Virus record (IMG/VR): IMGVR_UViG_3300042509_002208 | Coordinates: 15,111 to 79,110 of that record | Origin: a virus | Length of the DNA stretch: 64,000 bases | Reading direction: 5' to 3' (one strand) | Part shown: piece after piece, positions 39,077 to 48,742 of the stretch | Layout of the letters: each line of letters starts with the position of its first letter | Position numbering within the stretch: the stretch's first letter is position 1 | The notes under the pieces: generated by a model | What the model saw: the letters and a program-made list of their open reading frames with translations, nothing else | Told to the model about the DNA's origin: nothing | The model's database searches: none | Translations under genes and position numbers: made by a program

Positions 39077-39196
39077 ATGACCTGGCTTGGCCACCATCTA
39101 GCTGATGTCTTGGTTATGGTAGCGCCATTGCTGCCACTTTCTTTGGCATTGCTAATTTTGTACCTCATCGCTACGGCTCCAGATGATCATAAGTGA
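39077..39196 (+). CDS. 39-aa membrane peptide
   Basis: MTWLGHHLADVLVMVAPLLPLSLALLILYLIATAPDDHK. Confidence 0.45.
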   Translation: MTWLGHHLADVLVMVAPLLPLSLALLILYLIATAPDDHK

Positions 39197-40763
39197 CACA
39201 ACGCTGACAGCCATACGCGAAATACCTTTCACTACGATTCTGCAAAAAGAGAATATATCATTTAAAAAGATCGGCAAAGAAGCAGTTACATTATGTCCAT
39301 GGCACAATGACAGTAATCCGTCGATGACGGTTAGCGATGAAAAGAACTTGTGTTATTGCTTTGTCTGTCAATATGGCACTGATACTATTGGGTTCCTGCA
39401 GCAAAAGCTAGGGCTTGACTTCAGTGATGCAGTTCATCGCATAGCTAATTGCGGCGATCTTGTCGTAGAATATGACAACATCGACCCCAAGCTTGCCGTC
39501 CAGGAAGCCAAGAGAAGAGCGGAGCTGTTTGACAAAACCAACAGACAACAAGAGAATTTCCGTAAAAATATAACCGATGCGAGAGCTATTCGTATCCATC
39601 AAATCTTAGAAGAGAGAGATATAGCTCCCTCGACAAGTCGTCACTTTGGGCTTGGGTATGCAATCGATGGCTTTTTTGCTGATCGCATTACTGTTCCAAT
39701 TCATGACCATCAAGGTTACTTAGTTGGATTCACCGGACGGGCAACAAGAGATGAAGCAAAGCCAAAGTATAAGAACTCTGAAAACGGTGAGATATTTGAC
39801 AAATCAAGAATTGTTTATAATGAATACAGAGCGAGCGAAGCTATCAGGGAAGCTGACAGCGTTATCTTTGTTGAAGGGCATTTTGACGTTATTAGCTTGT
39901 GGCAGCACGGGATCCGTAATGTTGTAGCAATGCAGGGGACCGCCCCACCCAGTGAAGCTATCCTGAAAAGACTGTCTAGAAAGACGAAACGATTCATCTT
40001 ATGCTACGACAGCGATGAAGGTGGAACTAAAGCTATCGAGAACTTCATCAAGGTAGCCGGACCCGCCGCTTGCAGAGGTGAGATAACAATATCTGTGGCT
40101 GAGTTGCCTGATGGAATGGATCCCGATGAGTGCATCAGAGATGAATCTATCGATTTCTTTTCTATTATCGAGAATTCGGTTTCATGGCTTGACTGGCAGT
40201 TGGATGTATGGCTTGCCAACGTAGATAGGACAGATACGGCAAAGTTCATTCAGATAGAAACTAGTGTCAGGCAGTTGGTTGAATCTATCAATTCGCCTAG
40301 TTTGCGTCAATACTATATTGACAAGGCCTCCAAAATTTTGGCTGCAAATCAAAAGTCTGCCGCAAAAATTGCTAAGGAGTGGTCCGAGAATATTAAAGTA
40401 GTCAGATTAAAAAGAACATGGACAAAGCCAACACCTGCGGAAACAAGGATTGGGGCTGAAAAGAAGTTGCTGCGGATGTACATCCACATACCAGAACTGC
40501 GGGAAGAGTGCCGCAAGTTGATGGATCGACTGCAATCCCCTAGTCATAGGTGGCTGTGGCAGAGGATCAATGAATTGGAGGAGCACGACACCAGACCGCT
40601 AGAGCCAGAAGCTGTAATGGCGGTCTTGGCGGTATGCGAGCCCTATTACACCAGGCAGTTGCGACCTATAGCGGTTCCTACAATAAAAGTGCTGAATAAC
40701 TCAGGCATCCTTAAACACATTCAAAAAACACTGAGTGAGGAGTTGACGATCAATGGCATCTAG
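39183..40763 (+). CDS. dnaG: DnaG-type DNA primase
   Basis: CPWHNDSNPS..CFVC zinc ribbon; PKYKNS; VEGHFDV; CYDSDEGG; DPDE. Confidence 0.95.
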   Translation: MIISDTTLTAIREIPFTTILQKENISFKKIGKEAVTLCPWHNDSNPSMTVSDEKNLCYCFVCQYGTDTIGFLQQKLGLDFSDAVHRIANCGDLVVEYDNIDPKLAVQEAKRRAELFDKTNRQQENFRKNITDARAIRIHQILEERDIAPSTSRHFGLGYAIDGFFADRITVPIHDHQGYLVGFTGRATRDEAKPKYKNSENGEIFDKSRIVYNEYRASEAIREADSVIFVEGHFDVISLWQHGIRNVVAMQGTAPPSEAILKRLSRKTKRFILCYDSDEGGTKAIENFIKVAGPAACRGEITISVAELPDGMDPDECIRDESIDFFSIIENSVSWLDWQLDVWLANVDRTDTAKFIQIETSVRQLVESINSPSLRQYYIDKASKILAANQKSAAKIAKEWSENIKVVRLKRTWTKPTPAETRIGAEKKLLRMYIHIPELREECRKLMDRLQSPSHRWLWQRINELEEHDTRPLEPEAVMAVLAVCEPYYTRQLRPIAVPTIKVLNNSGILKHIQKTLSEELTINGI

Positions 40764-40992
40764 GAACAACAATCGCCCCGTCGAGTATGTTATGTACACC
40801 ATGAACGGGTGCCCTTTTTGCAATCAGGCAAAGGCGCTGTTTGAATATTATGGCGTGAATTATGAGACTAAATACGAGAAAGCACCTGATTGGGATACTT
40901 TTCCAGGTATCTATAAGGTCACAGAAGAGGGGCCAAAGCTGATCGGTGGCTTTACCGAATTGGCAAAGTATTCATATGACAATGGCTTATAG
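40753..40992 (+). CDS. Glutaredoxin
   Basis: GCPFCNQAK..TFPGI..IGGFTEL. Confidence 0.9.
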   Translation: MASRNNNRPVEYVMYTMNGCPFCNQAKALFEYYGVNYETKYEKAPDWDTFPGIYKVTEEGPKLIGGFTELAKYSYDNGL

Positions 40993-40995
40993 GTA

Positions 40996-41226
40996 ATGGA
41001 CGCCGGTCTCCTGGCAGTACTAGTCGCAATTCTCGCATTCTACCTAGTCCTGCCAGTTGACTTTTACCTGTTGACAGAGACTTGCTTGGTTACGCTGAGA
41101 CTGGTGGTACTTAACTACTACCTAATGTTTCAGGCGTGGCGGTTGCATCGTCTAATCTGCAAGGATCTGGCTAGAATTGGAATGGCTAAGCCGGCATTTA
41201 AGTTCACCCCGATCTGGGAAAGGTAA
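40996..41226 (+). CDS. Membrane hypothetical protein
   Basis: Hydrophobic; ends PAFKFTPIWER. Confidence 0.65.
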   Translation: MDAGLLAVLVAILAFYLVLPVDFYLLTETCLVTLRLVVLNYYLMFQAWRLHRLICKDLARIGMAKPAFKFTPIWER

Positions 41227-41357
41227 TGGCAACCAAGAAGACCCTCACTGGAAACAACCGCCCAATGGAGCGGATCGGCAAAATTACCCACCAAGGAAGC
41301 GGCTTAAGATCCCGCCCAAAGCGTGGTAAGAAACGCTACAGGGGCCAGGGGCGCTGA
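41226..41357 (+). CDS. Small basic protein ending KKRYRGQGR, 43 aa
   Basis: Common aquatic-phage family; coupled on both sides; not in track. Confidence 0.75.
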   Translation: MATKKTLTGNNRPMERIGKITHQGSGLRSRPKRGKKRYRGQGR

Positions 41358-41638
41358 TGTCACAAGGATCCGTCTCTAATTATCAAATTCAAGAAGCAGT
41401 TGATTCAATCTATGCAATGATCAAAGAGGGGAAGCTTGCTCAAGCTTTATCTCTTTTGTATTTCATGCATAAATTGAATTTATTAGAATGGGTCCTAGTT
41501 AAAAGAGAATTGATTTCTTCTGCTAATACTGTAAAAAAACTGCAGTTAATAGCAACGCTACTAGAAGCATCAAAGAAATCAACACTAGCAGAATCAAGTG
41601 TTTTGGTCCCAGGTTTAATCTGCGATCCAAGGGACTAA
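41357..41638 (+). CDS. Hypothetical protein
   Basis: TGATG coupling. Confidence 0.6.
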   Translation: MSQGSVSNYQIQEAVDSIYAMIKEGKLAQALSLLYFMHKLNLLEWVLVKRELISSANTVKKLQLIATLLEASKKSTLAESSVLVPGLICDPRD

Positions 41639-41694
41639 AATTAGCCTAACAACGCTGTTAAAAGCGGCAGTCTATCTTCGCATCTCCAAAAACA

Positions 41695-44049
41695 ATGGCA
41701 GAATTTAGTTCTTTTGCCCCGTCTGCTCCTGCTGTTTTTTACCGCTCTTATTCTCGCAGAAAAGAGGACGGAACTCGGGAAAATTTCGCTGAAGCGATTC
41801 ATCGGACTATTACAGATATTGCTGATATTGGTCATTTCACCAAAGAGCAGCTCGACATGGCCCTTGAGATGGGCCTCAAGCAGCATTGCTTCCCCAGTGG
41901 TCGATCTCTTTGGGTCGCGGGCACAGAGTGGGGCAAGAAGCCGGAAAATTTCCCCGGTTACTACAACTGCTGCTCGATGCACGTCGATGACGTTTCCATC
42001 TTTGGCTTGCTCATGGAGCTTGCAATGATGGGTACTGGCACGGGCGCTGTGCTGGAACTTGATGTGATTCGCAGGCTTCCTGAAGTCAAGCGTGGCCTGC
42101 ATTGCGAAATTGTCAAGCAAAACGAAGGAGCGAAAGGTGGTCGTGCTCAGACTGAAATTAAACTGATTGGGATTAAAGACGAGAATCCAACCATTCTGGT
42201 CTCCGTTGGCGATTCCCGTCAGGGCTGGGCTTCTGCCTACCAGGGCTTGATCGAGCTTGCGATGGGCACTCCTGCAGAAGGAGAAGAGGAAGAGACGACT
42301 TGCATTGACGCTAATATCGTCCTGGACTTGAGCCAGGTACGTCAGGCCGGTGAGCCCCTCAAAGGCTTCGGTGGAACCGCGAACCCTGTTCGCTTACAAG
42401 ACACCATGGAGCGAGCCATGGCGATCCTTACAAAAGCAGTAGGACGCAAGCTCACTTCGATCGAATGTTGTCTGTTGATCGACGAAGCGGCTAGCGCAGT
42501 TGTGGCCGGTAATATCCGTCGCAGCGCCGGGATGCGTCAATTTACCGCTGAAGACAAGGCGGCAGCAGTGGCTAAAGACGGTCTTTATAAGCAAGACGAA
42601 GAGGGCAACTGGAGCGTTGATCCAGAGAAAGAAGCTCTGCGGATGGCTAACCATACGCGCTGCTTCCACCAGAAGCCCATGCTGCAAGACATCAAGGACG
42701 CTGTTACGAAGCAGTTCTGGTCTGGCGAAGGCGCTATCCAGTATGTGCCTGAGATGGTTGCCAGATCCAATGCGGACCTGCTGGATTCGCCGGAGAAAAA
42801 GGCTAATTTCCTTGATATTTATGTGAAGTTCAGCAAGAATCACGCTGCTGAATACTTGCGGACGCTTGCTACGGAAGCGGGCGAACCGACTGATGATCGG
42901 ATTATTCAGCATCGGATTGAGCGTTATGGTTTGAATCCCTGCGGTGAAATCAGCCTCCGGGATAATTTGTGCAATCTCTCCGAGATTCATTTGAATACAA
43001 TTGATCCGAAGGATCTTGAACTTCAACGCAAGGCTTTCTATGTAGGCGGTTTACAGGTTGCGGCTCTGCTGAACCATAAATTTGTCCCTGAAAGGCTTGC
43101 CTATAGCCGTGAGAATGATCCCATCGTCGGCGTATCATTCACTGGCCTGTTTGACTTCTTCGTTCATGCATTTGGGGCTGAATGGCTTGGGTGGATGATG
43201 AAAGGTCGTCCAACCGGTCAGGCATTCAAAAAGTTCACCCAGAAGGAAGAAGCCTTCCTTAAACTCTGGAAAGAAGCCGCCGAGCAAGGCGTTAAGGACT
43301 ACTGCCAGCAACAAGGGCTCCGACTCCCGAACCGCTACACCACTGTGCAACCCGCCGGCTCCAAGAGCTTGTTGACTGGTGCTTCCCCTGGCTGGCATCC
43401 TCCTAAGGCACAACGCTTCATTCGCCGGATCACCTTTGGTGTCAACGATCCCCTTGTTAGCGCATTGCGTGATTATGGATACAACGTCATCCCAGCCCAA
43501 AGCGCACGAGACGAAGAAGGGAATCTCCTGGACGACATCTCTGATCCCAGGGTTCAAGAGGTTTTGGTTGAGATTCCAACTGAAGTTTCTTGGGCGAATT
43601 TACCTGGCTGTGATGAGCATGATCTGAGCCAGCTTCCTGTTAGTGCTCAATGGGGCCTGTATATGCAAGTCCAAAATCACTACACAACCCACAACACCTC
43701 TGCCACTCTTGAGTTCCGGGAAGCTGAAATCCCTGTCCTTAGTCAGCTAATCTATGACAATATCAGGCAGGATGGTGGATACATCTCTGCTGCACTCTTG
43801 GCTCGCTTCGATGCGAACGAGACATTCCCTCGTTTGCCATTTGAACCAATCAGCAAAGAAACGTTCCAACGAAGAATGGCAGCAGTCGCGGCTGTTCGGA
43901 GTGGATTAGCTGAACATGTGACGATGCTTGACCTGCTTCAGCAGTACGATCGCCCTGATTATGAGCTGAAAGGGGCCGCTGGTTGCGATTCCGCGAAATG
44001 CTTAAGTGAATCTGACAAAGACAAGGATCAGATTGGGCAACTGATCTAA
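41695..44049 (+). CDS. nrdJ: Class II (adenosylcobalamin-dependent) ribonucleotide reductase, cyanobacterial type
   Basis: PSGRSLWVAG, YNCC, VVAGNIRRSA, GLNPCGEI..CNLSE, TTVQPAGSKSLL, C-terminal GCDSAKC; no beta subunit nearby. Confidence 0.93.
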   Translation: MAEFSSFAPSAPAVFYRSYSRRKEDGTRENFAEAIHRTITDIADIGHFTKEQLDMALEMGLKQHCFPSGRSLWVAGTEWGKKPENFPGYYNCCSMHVDDVSIFGLLMELAMMGTGTGAVLELDVIRRLPEVKRGLHCEIVKQNEGAKGGRAQTEIKLIGIKDENPTILVSVGDSRQGWASAYQGLIELAMGTPAEGEEEETTCIDANIVLDLSQVRQAGEPLKGFGGTANPVRLQDTMERAMAILTKAVGRKLTSIECCLLIDEAASAVVAGNIRRSAGMRQFTAEDKAAAVAKDGLYKQDEEGNWSVDPEKEALRMANHTRCFHQKPMLQDIKDAVTKQFWSGEGAIQYVPEMVARSNADLLDSPEKKANFLDIYVKFSKNHAAEYLRTLATEAGEPTDDRIIQHRIERYGLNPCGEISLRDNLCNLSEIHLNTIDPKDLELQRKAFYVGGLQVAALLNHKFVPERLAYSRENDPIVGVSFTGLFDFFVHAFGAEWLGWMMKGRPTGQAFKKFTQKEEAFLKLWKEAAEQGVKDYCQQQGLRLPNRYTTVQPAGSKSLLTGASPGWHPPKAQRFIRRITFGVNDPLVSALRDYGYNVIPAQSARDEEGNLLDDISDPRVQEVLVEIPTEVSWANLPGCDEHDLSQLPVSAQWGLYMQVQNHYTTHNTSATLEFREAEIPVLSQLIYDNIRQDGGYISAALLARFDANETFPRLPFEPISKETFQRRMAAVAAVRSGLAEHVTMLDLLQQYDRPDYELKGAAGCDSAKCLSESDKDKDQIGQLI

Positions 44050-44093
44050 GGCGTTTATGGATCGTTAGACTGGACAAGATCCAGGCTACCCCT

Positions 44094-44342
44094 GTGCCAA
44101 GTCGCAGAGATCCACCTAAGTGCCATAAGCATTACAGCCCGGAAGTCCAACAGGCTGTAATGCATTTTCAAGATATGTGGGCTGTTTATACGAATTCTAC
44201 TTTCTATGAACTGAAAGAGAATGACTACCGGGTAGTCGCCGTACAAACAGCCTTCAATCAACTTGTTAGAGCGCGTAAACGCGAAACAGGTACTGGTTTT
44301 TACTTGACAGCACAGGAGTACAAAGATGTCAACAATCTGTGA
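44094..44342 (+). CDS. Hypothetical protein
   Basis: 82-aa ORF between nrdJ and dcd. Confidence 0.55.
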   Translation: MPSRRDPPKCHKHYSPEVQQAVMHFQDMWAVYTNSTFYELKENDYRVVAVQTAFNQLVRARKRETGTGFYLTAQEYKDVNNL

Positions 44343-44943
44343 TTATCAGATTGCTCAATATGCAAAGAAAGGGCTCATTGAACCCTTCAATGAGAAACAG
44401 GTTAATCCTGCATCTTATGATGTCAGACTGAATGGCTGCTTGCTGCTTGAGCACGAGCCGGACAAAGATTACCCAGAAGAATCGCTAAAGTGCGATTGTA
44501 GATGGGTCAAGCATATCTGTGATGAAGGTGGTTACCTTCTGAAGCCTGGTGAGTTTGTACTGGGCTGCACGGAAGAGTTCTTCAGTGTACCACCAGAACT
44601 CGAAGCTGTGTTTCAGCTCAAATCTTCCCGTGGAAGAGAGGGATTTGAACATGTGCTGAGTGGTTACATTGACCCAGGATTCTCTGGTAGATTGACATTG
44701 GAATTAGTAAATGTCAACAGATACCATGATTTACTATTGCTTCCTGGAATGCTAATTGGGCAAGTCCGTTTTATGAAACTGGACGAACGTCCCAGGAGAG
44801 ACTACTCACAAACTGGTCATTATCAAAATGACACAAATGTGCAGTATTCAAAAGTAGATGTCTTTGGTAATCAGGCTCAAGACCAAGAGCGAGGCTCGTT
44901 TGGTGTGTCGATTGCCGAGGCTGGTGTATTCCCGGAATCCTAG
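44326..44943 (+). CDS. dcd: dCTP deaminase
   Basis: VNPASYDVRL, LKSSRGREG, GYIDPGFSGRLTLEL, IGQ. Confidence 0.92.
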   Translation: MSTICDYQIAQYAKKGLIEPFNEKQVNPASYDVRLNGCLLLEHEPDKDYPEESLKCDCRWVKHICDEGGYLLKPGEFVLGCTEEFFSVPPELEAVFQLKSSRGREGFEHVLSGYIDPGFSGRLTLELVNVNRYHDLLLLPGMLIGQVRFMKLDERPRRDYSQTGHYQNDTNVQYSKVDVFGNQAQDQERGSFGVSIAEAGVFPES

Positions 44944-44987
44944 ATGAGTCAAGGCGAGATGCCGGCCAGTAGTAGGCGCTATGCCCC

Positions 44988-46475
44988 ATGCATATTGTGC
45001 ATCCAGTTAACGATCCTGCTCTAGTCAGTTATCACCGGCCTGAGCTGGTCGATTTGCTGCCAGGCCTAGAGCTGGCTTTAGATTGCTGGAATCTGCTGAG
45101 CACAACAGGTCGCGGCTCCGTAAAAGGCAAGTATCTAGGCAAAGAACCTGGCGAGCCCTCCAAGGCGTATGAAGCACGTCTTGGTAGATCGACATATACA
45201 CCGATTTATCGCGATTCAATCAAGGCCTATGCAGGGTTATTGAATCGCTTTCAACTGGTCGATGTTCCGCCTAGCCTGCTGAATTCTGAGACCAATGTAG
45301 ACCTGCAGGGCTCAAGCGTCCAGAGTTTTTGGAATCGCTGTGACGAAAACGCCATCAGAGACGGTGGCGTTTATGTCATGGTTGACATGATGCCGGAAGT
45401 TGCGGATAAAACTAACTTCTTTGATCAACAGCGTGACGGAAGGCATCCCTATCTAATCATGGTAGAACGGAAGGATGTCATCAACTGGTCTGTCGAATAC
45501 AAGAACGGCAGAGAATCAATACAACATGCGACAATCCGCCAGGTTAAGTCGTTTCCGATTGAAAACGGATACGGCACCAAGCTTGAGCCTGTCTACTACG
45601 TATTGAAGCCAAATCTGGTAGAAGAGTACCGTCTTCAGAAAAAAGATGGCAAGTGGTTCCAGGTTTTAACTGACAGGGTACAGACAACGCTGCCTGTTGT
45701 ACCCCTTGTTTGGTACGGTGCCTCCTCCAGCAGATTTGCTCAGGGCGACATCCCGATGAATGGACTTGCCGAATTAAGCATCCAGCACTTCCAGATGAGG
45801 TCCGACCTGACCGAGCTGCTGCACAAGTGTGCCATGCCCGTGCCTGTCAGGAAGGGCGCCCCTGTTGGACCTGATGGGCGGCCTGCACCCTTGGTGCTTG
45901 GTCCGAATACTGCGGTTGATCTTCCTGGTGAAGGTGGTGAATTCAGCTTTGCTGAGCCAACTGGCAAGAGCCTTGAGCGCCATCAGGCCGAAATCAATCA
46001 TATCGAATCCTTGATGGATCGGTCTGGATTGAACTTCCTGTACGGTGCCAATATCAAGACGGCTACGGAGGCTTCTCTGCGTGCGTCCCAGGTCGCCTCA
46101 CAGGTTTCGGCTATCGTCCGCAACAAGACCAGTGCTTTCTCTACGGTGATGAGGCTTTGGGCCGCCTATGCGGGTGAGATTGACTCGATCAATCCAGAGT
46201 CCGGTATCGCAATCAATGATTCGCTAATTAACCGCCCGATTGATCCTAGTGGTATCGCTCAATTAGTAAACCTGTTTAATGCAGGTCTGCTGAGCCGCGA
46301 AACGGTTCTTAGTGAGCTGCAGAGAGGCGGGGTTCTTGATCCTGATATCAAAATTGTTGAAGAACAGAACAGAATCACCGAGGAAGAGCAGAAGAGACTG
46401 GATGAGCAAGTCGCTGTCGCTGAAGCTGCCAGGAATACCGAACCTGTAACTCAGAATCCGTTGGCAAACCAGTAA
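44988..46475 (+). CDS. Portal protein (DUF4055 type)
   Basis: YL.KEPGE...YEARL.RS, VINW, VPLVWY, KTATEA, LSRETVLSELQRGGVL; late motif at 44934. Confidence 0.88.
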   Translation: MHIVHPVNDPALVSYHRPELVDLLPGLELALDCWNLLSTTGRGSVKGKYLGKEPGEPSKAYEARLGRSTYTPIYRDSIKAYAGLLNRFQLVDVPPSLLNSETNVDLQGSSVQSFWNRCDENAIRDGGVYVMVDMMPEVADKTNFFDQQRDGRHPYLIMVERKDVINWSVEYKNGRESIQHATIRQVKSFPIENGYGTKLEPVYYVLKPNLVEEYRLQKKDGKWFQVLTDRVQTTLPVVPLVWYGASSSRFAQGDIPMNGLAELSIQHFQMRSDLTELLHKCAMPVPVRKGAPVGPDGRPAPLVLGPNTAVDLPGEGGEFSFAEPTGKSLERHQAEINHIESLMDRSGLNFLYGANIKTATEASLRASQVASQVSAIVRNKTSAFSTVMRLWAAYAGEIDSINPESGIAINDSLINRPIDPSGIAQLVNLFNAGLLSRETVLSELQRGGVLDPDIKIVEEQNRITEEEQKRLDEQVAVAEAARNTEPVTQNPLANQ

Positions 46476-46494
46476 GTAGCTTATATAAATAAGC

Positions 46495-46731
46495 ATGCTA
46501 TATTTAGTTAGAGATGCTCGTCCCGTGATTTTAGCTCGTTTTGAATTTAGACCCGAAGAAGCGCATCGCTTTATAGAGTCTTCAGATTCTTCTCAAAATA
46601 TCATAGAGCAGATTTTTGTGTCGGTCGACGACCTGATCGAAACGACCAAGGAATTTGAGCCCTATCTGCTTGACTGCACGGCGCTTGTCAATGGTAGAAT
46701 GCTTTGCCTAAGCTCTTTTAAGACTACATGA
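46495..46731 (+). CDS. Hypothetical protein
   Basis: 78-aa ORF, ATGA overlap with next. Confidence 0.6.
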   Translation: MLYLVRDARPVILARFEFRPEEAHRFIESSDSSQNIIEQIFVSVDDLIETTKEFEPYLLDCTALVNGRMLCLSSFKTT

Positions 46732-47096
46732 GCCATCCAATGCCGCAAGGCAAATGGATAAAATCACCGGGTGGTAGTTTCGCTTACCAAGTCATAGGTC
46801 CTGTCTGTCGGCTTTATGACAGGGAAGAGCTTCCTTGGCCCTGTTGCCGGCTTGGTTGGAAAACGAAAGAACCAAGCTGGAACAGAGTAGGCAAAAGATT
46901 TGTTGCGGACATTGCTGCGTCCAGGTGTCCAAGCTACGCTGTAATGGCTATAGACCAATGGGGGAACGAATGGGAGCAGGTGCTGACCCTTTACAGCCAC
47001 AGGCTGAGCCAGAACGAGAAGGACTGGTGGATAACGAAGAAGCCCCAGGACAAGCCGTTCCCAGAATTAGAGGTCTTAACTGGACGGAAATTTTAA
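46728..47096 (+). CDS. Hypothetical protein resembling conserved cyanobacterial proteins
   Basis: GPVCRLYDREELPWPCCRL.WK.KEPSWNR.GKRFV.D. Confidence 0.7.
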   Translation: MSHPMPQGKWIKSPGGSFAYQVIGPVCRLYDREELPWPCCRLGWKTKEPSWNRVGKRFVADIAASRCPSYAVMAIDQWGNEWEQVLTLYSHRLSQNEKDWWITKKPQDKPFPELEVLTGRKF

Positions 47097-47173
47097 GAAA
47101 AACTGGGCTGGAGACACCTGGATACCACGAAACAATAGCTAAGATGAAGAAAGAAGGAAGGATCAAAGGCTGA
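47027..47173 (+). CDS. Small protein overlapping the upstream gene (NWTEILRKTGLETPGY)
   Basis: GTG with AAGGA SD; stop coupled to next ATG. Confidence 0.5.
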   Translation: MDNEEAPGQAVPRIRGLNWTEILRKTGLETPGYHETIAKMKKEGRIKG

Positions 47174-47604
47174 TGGGGCTCTATTCGACTGTCTATAGTT
47201 CATTCGAAAGGCTCGGCACTGAATTCCTCGGTGAGTTCCAAACCAAGGACTTGGAATCATTGATGGAAGAATATTGGCTATCGCCAAACGGGGAACTGTT
47301 CTTCCTGAACTATTCAAACTGCTTTGAGGCTTTTGTTAACGATTTCCCGAAGAACTTTCTTGACCATATTAGGTATGAGCCCACTGGGTCTCATGCCAAA
47401 ATGGAGCCGTGTGCTTACAATGGCTTGCTGACAATTTATACAGGTCGCAACAACGAGTGGATTGAAGCCGATCTTTACCTTCAAGACGGCATTGTCTCGT
47501 TAATATTAGACAAGAGACACACTCCATCAAAACGTGAGCGATCTGCTGCAGGATCAGTACAACCGCTATCGTCGGGCTGGGCAGCTAATAGCGGCCTATC
47601 TTGA
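47173..47604 (+). CDS. Hypothetical protein
   Basis: MGLYST..EFQTKDLE..YWLSPNGELF phage family. Confidence 0.7.
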   Translation: MGLYSTVYSSFERLGTEFLGEFQTKDLESLMEEYWLSPNGELFFLNYSNCFEAFVNDFPKNFLDHIRYEPTGSHAKMEPCAYNGLLTIYTGRNNEWIEADLYLQDGIVSLILDKRHTPSKRERSAAGSVQPLSSGWAANSGLS

Positions 47605-47752
47605 GCGCCCTGGTAGCGACTTCCTAAGAAAAGCTGAAGATGCTGGTGTCCTAGATGAGGCAGAATTCCTGCTGGAGGAGACCCGTGCCTGGCTGGATGA
47701 CGACGACTACTACGAGGATCTGGCCTGGAATAGGGTCAATGGAACCCTCTAG
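47534..47752 (+). CDS. Hypothetical protein
   Basis: 72-aa acidic ORF. Confidence 0.6.
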   Translation: MSDLLQDQYNRYRRAGQLIAAYLERPGSDFLRKAEDAGVLDEAEFLLEETRAWLDDDDYYEDLAWNRVNGTL

Positions 47753-47767
47753 CCTTTTGCCTCGGGG

Positions 47768-47796
47768 TTGACAGAAGCAGGCTCAGGGGTTATGGT
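47768..47796 (+). promoter_or_regulatory. Sigma70-type early promoter
   Basis: TTGACA-17-TATGGT. Confidence 0.75.
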
Positions 47797-47822
47797 ATGG
47801 GAGTAATTGGCGGGTTTCACCC

Positions 47823-48332
47823 ATGACTGCTACCATCCAACGCCGTTCCAACCGGCCCCTGACTAAATATGCCTGCGATTTCCTGGATGATTTCCTGAAG
47901 GGTAAATTAGAGTCATTCCAAGACTTCAACGAAAATACTGCAGTCAAATGCAGTATCACGAAGTCGTCTGCTGGTGAGGTTGCCTCTTTCAGTGTCTTCC
48001 TGTATCACGCCGAGGTTCTCCAGGTGATCATGGTCAATGAAGACGCTGCTTCGGTCAAGGTCAGCATTGGTGACCACTTCACTGATGAGGGCTATCCGAA
48101 AAAGACAACCATCGAACGCCTCAATGGCCTGCTCGATGAGCTTGGCTGCCATGGGATCATCCCTGAAGGCGTTCGGATCTTCAAGGACAGGATCGAGAAC
48201 TTGTTTTACCTAGGCAAAGGTGACAACAAGGTTGCGGTTGGCAAAGGTCTTGCTACCAGGGTAATGTTGGCTCCAGACTCCGAAGAATTTATCATACAAG
48301 CAACTGACTTGAATTTTGGCAATGGAAGGTAA
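47823..48332 (+). CDS. Hypothetical early protein
   Basis: 169 aa; KTTIERLNGLL motif. Confidence 0.75.
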   Translation: MTATIQRRSNRPLTKYACDFLDDFLKGKLESFQDFNENTAVKCSITKSSAGEVASFSVFLYHAEVLQVIMVNEDAASVKVSIGDHFTDEGYPKKTTIERLNGLLDELGCHGIIPEGVRIFKDRIENLFYLGKGDNKVAVGKGLATRVMLAPDSEEFIIQATDLNFGNGR

Positions 48333-48561
48333 TCCTAGGGAATATCCAATCTGGATCTGTCATGACTGCGGCCTAAGGTATTGCAAGGGCATTACCGAAA
48401 GGCATTATGCCACGTACCATACTGGCACATGTCAATGCTGTATGACTTCTGGGGTACCGGTGACAGAACCAAGGGATTACGGGCACTTCGTAGAATGGCC
48501 TGTAAGAACTGGCTCCGCAAATGTCAAATCGTTCGCGAATCAAGACTTGGGGGAAATTTAA
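48322..48561 (+). CDS. Small zinc-finger protein
   Basis: WICHDCG..H.GTCQCC..VTEPRDYG. Confidence 0.75.
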   Translation: MEGNPREYPIWICHDCGLRYCKGITERHYATYHTGTCQCCMTSGVPVTEPRDYGHFVEWPVRTGSANVKSFANQDLGEI

Positions 48562-48742
48562 AAACAGGGCTATCTTTGACTTTCTGTTCATAGAGCAAGA
48601 ACCGATTGTTCCTTTAGATCCCCAAGTCACATTTAGTCTTGGACGTTATTACGGCATTGGATTCAGCTTCCTTTGCCGTAATTTTTTGATTGAATTTAAT
48701 TTGCTGCCTTTGCTGGAGTACACCAACGATGGATTCTTTTAA
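48521..48742 (+). CDS. Hypothetical protein
   Basis: 73-aa ORF in the gene chain. Confidence 0.5.
   Translation: MSNRSRIKTWGKFKNRAIFDFLFIEQEPIVPLDPQVTFSLGRYYGIGFSFLCRNFLIEFNLLPLLEYTNDGFF

Noticed and set aside
27220-44049. Inteins or introns in helicase, terminase or ribonucleotide reductase
   Set aside because: Motifs are contiguous, with no intein splice-junction or homing endonuclease insertions visible
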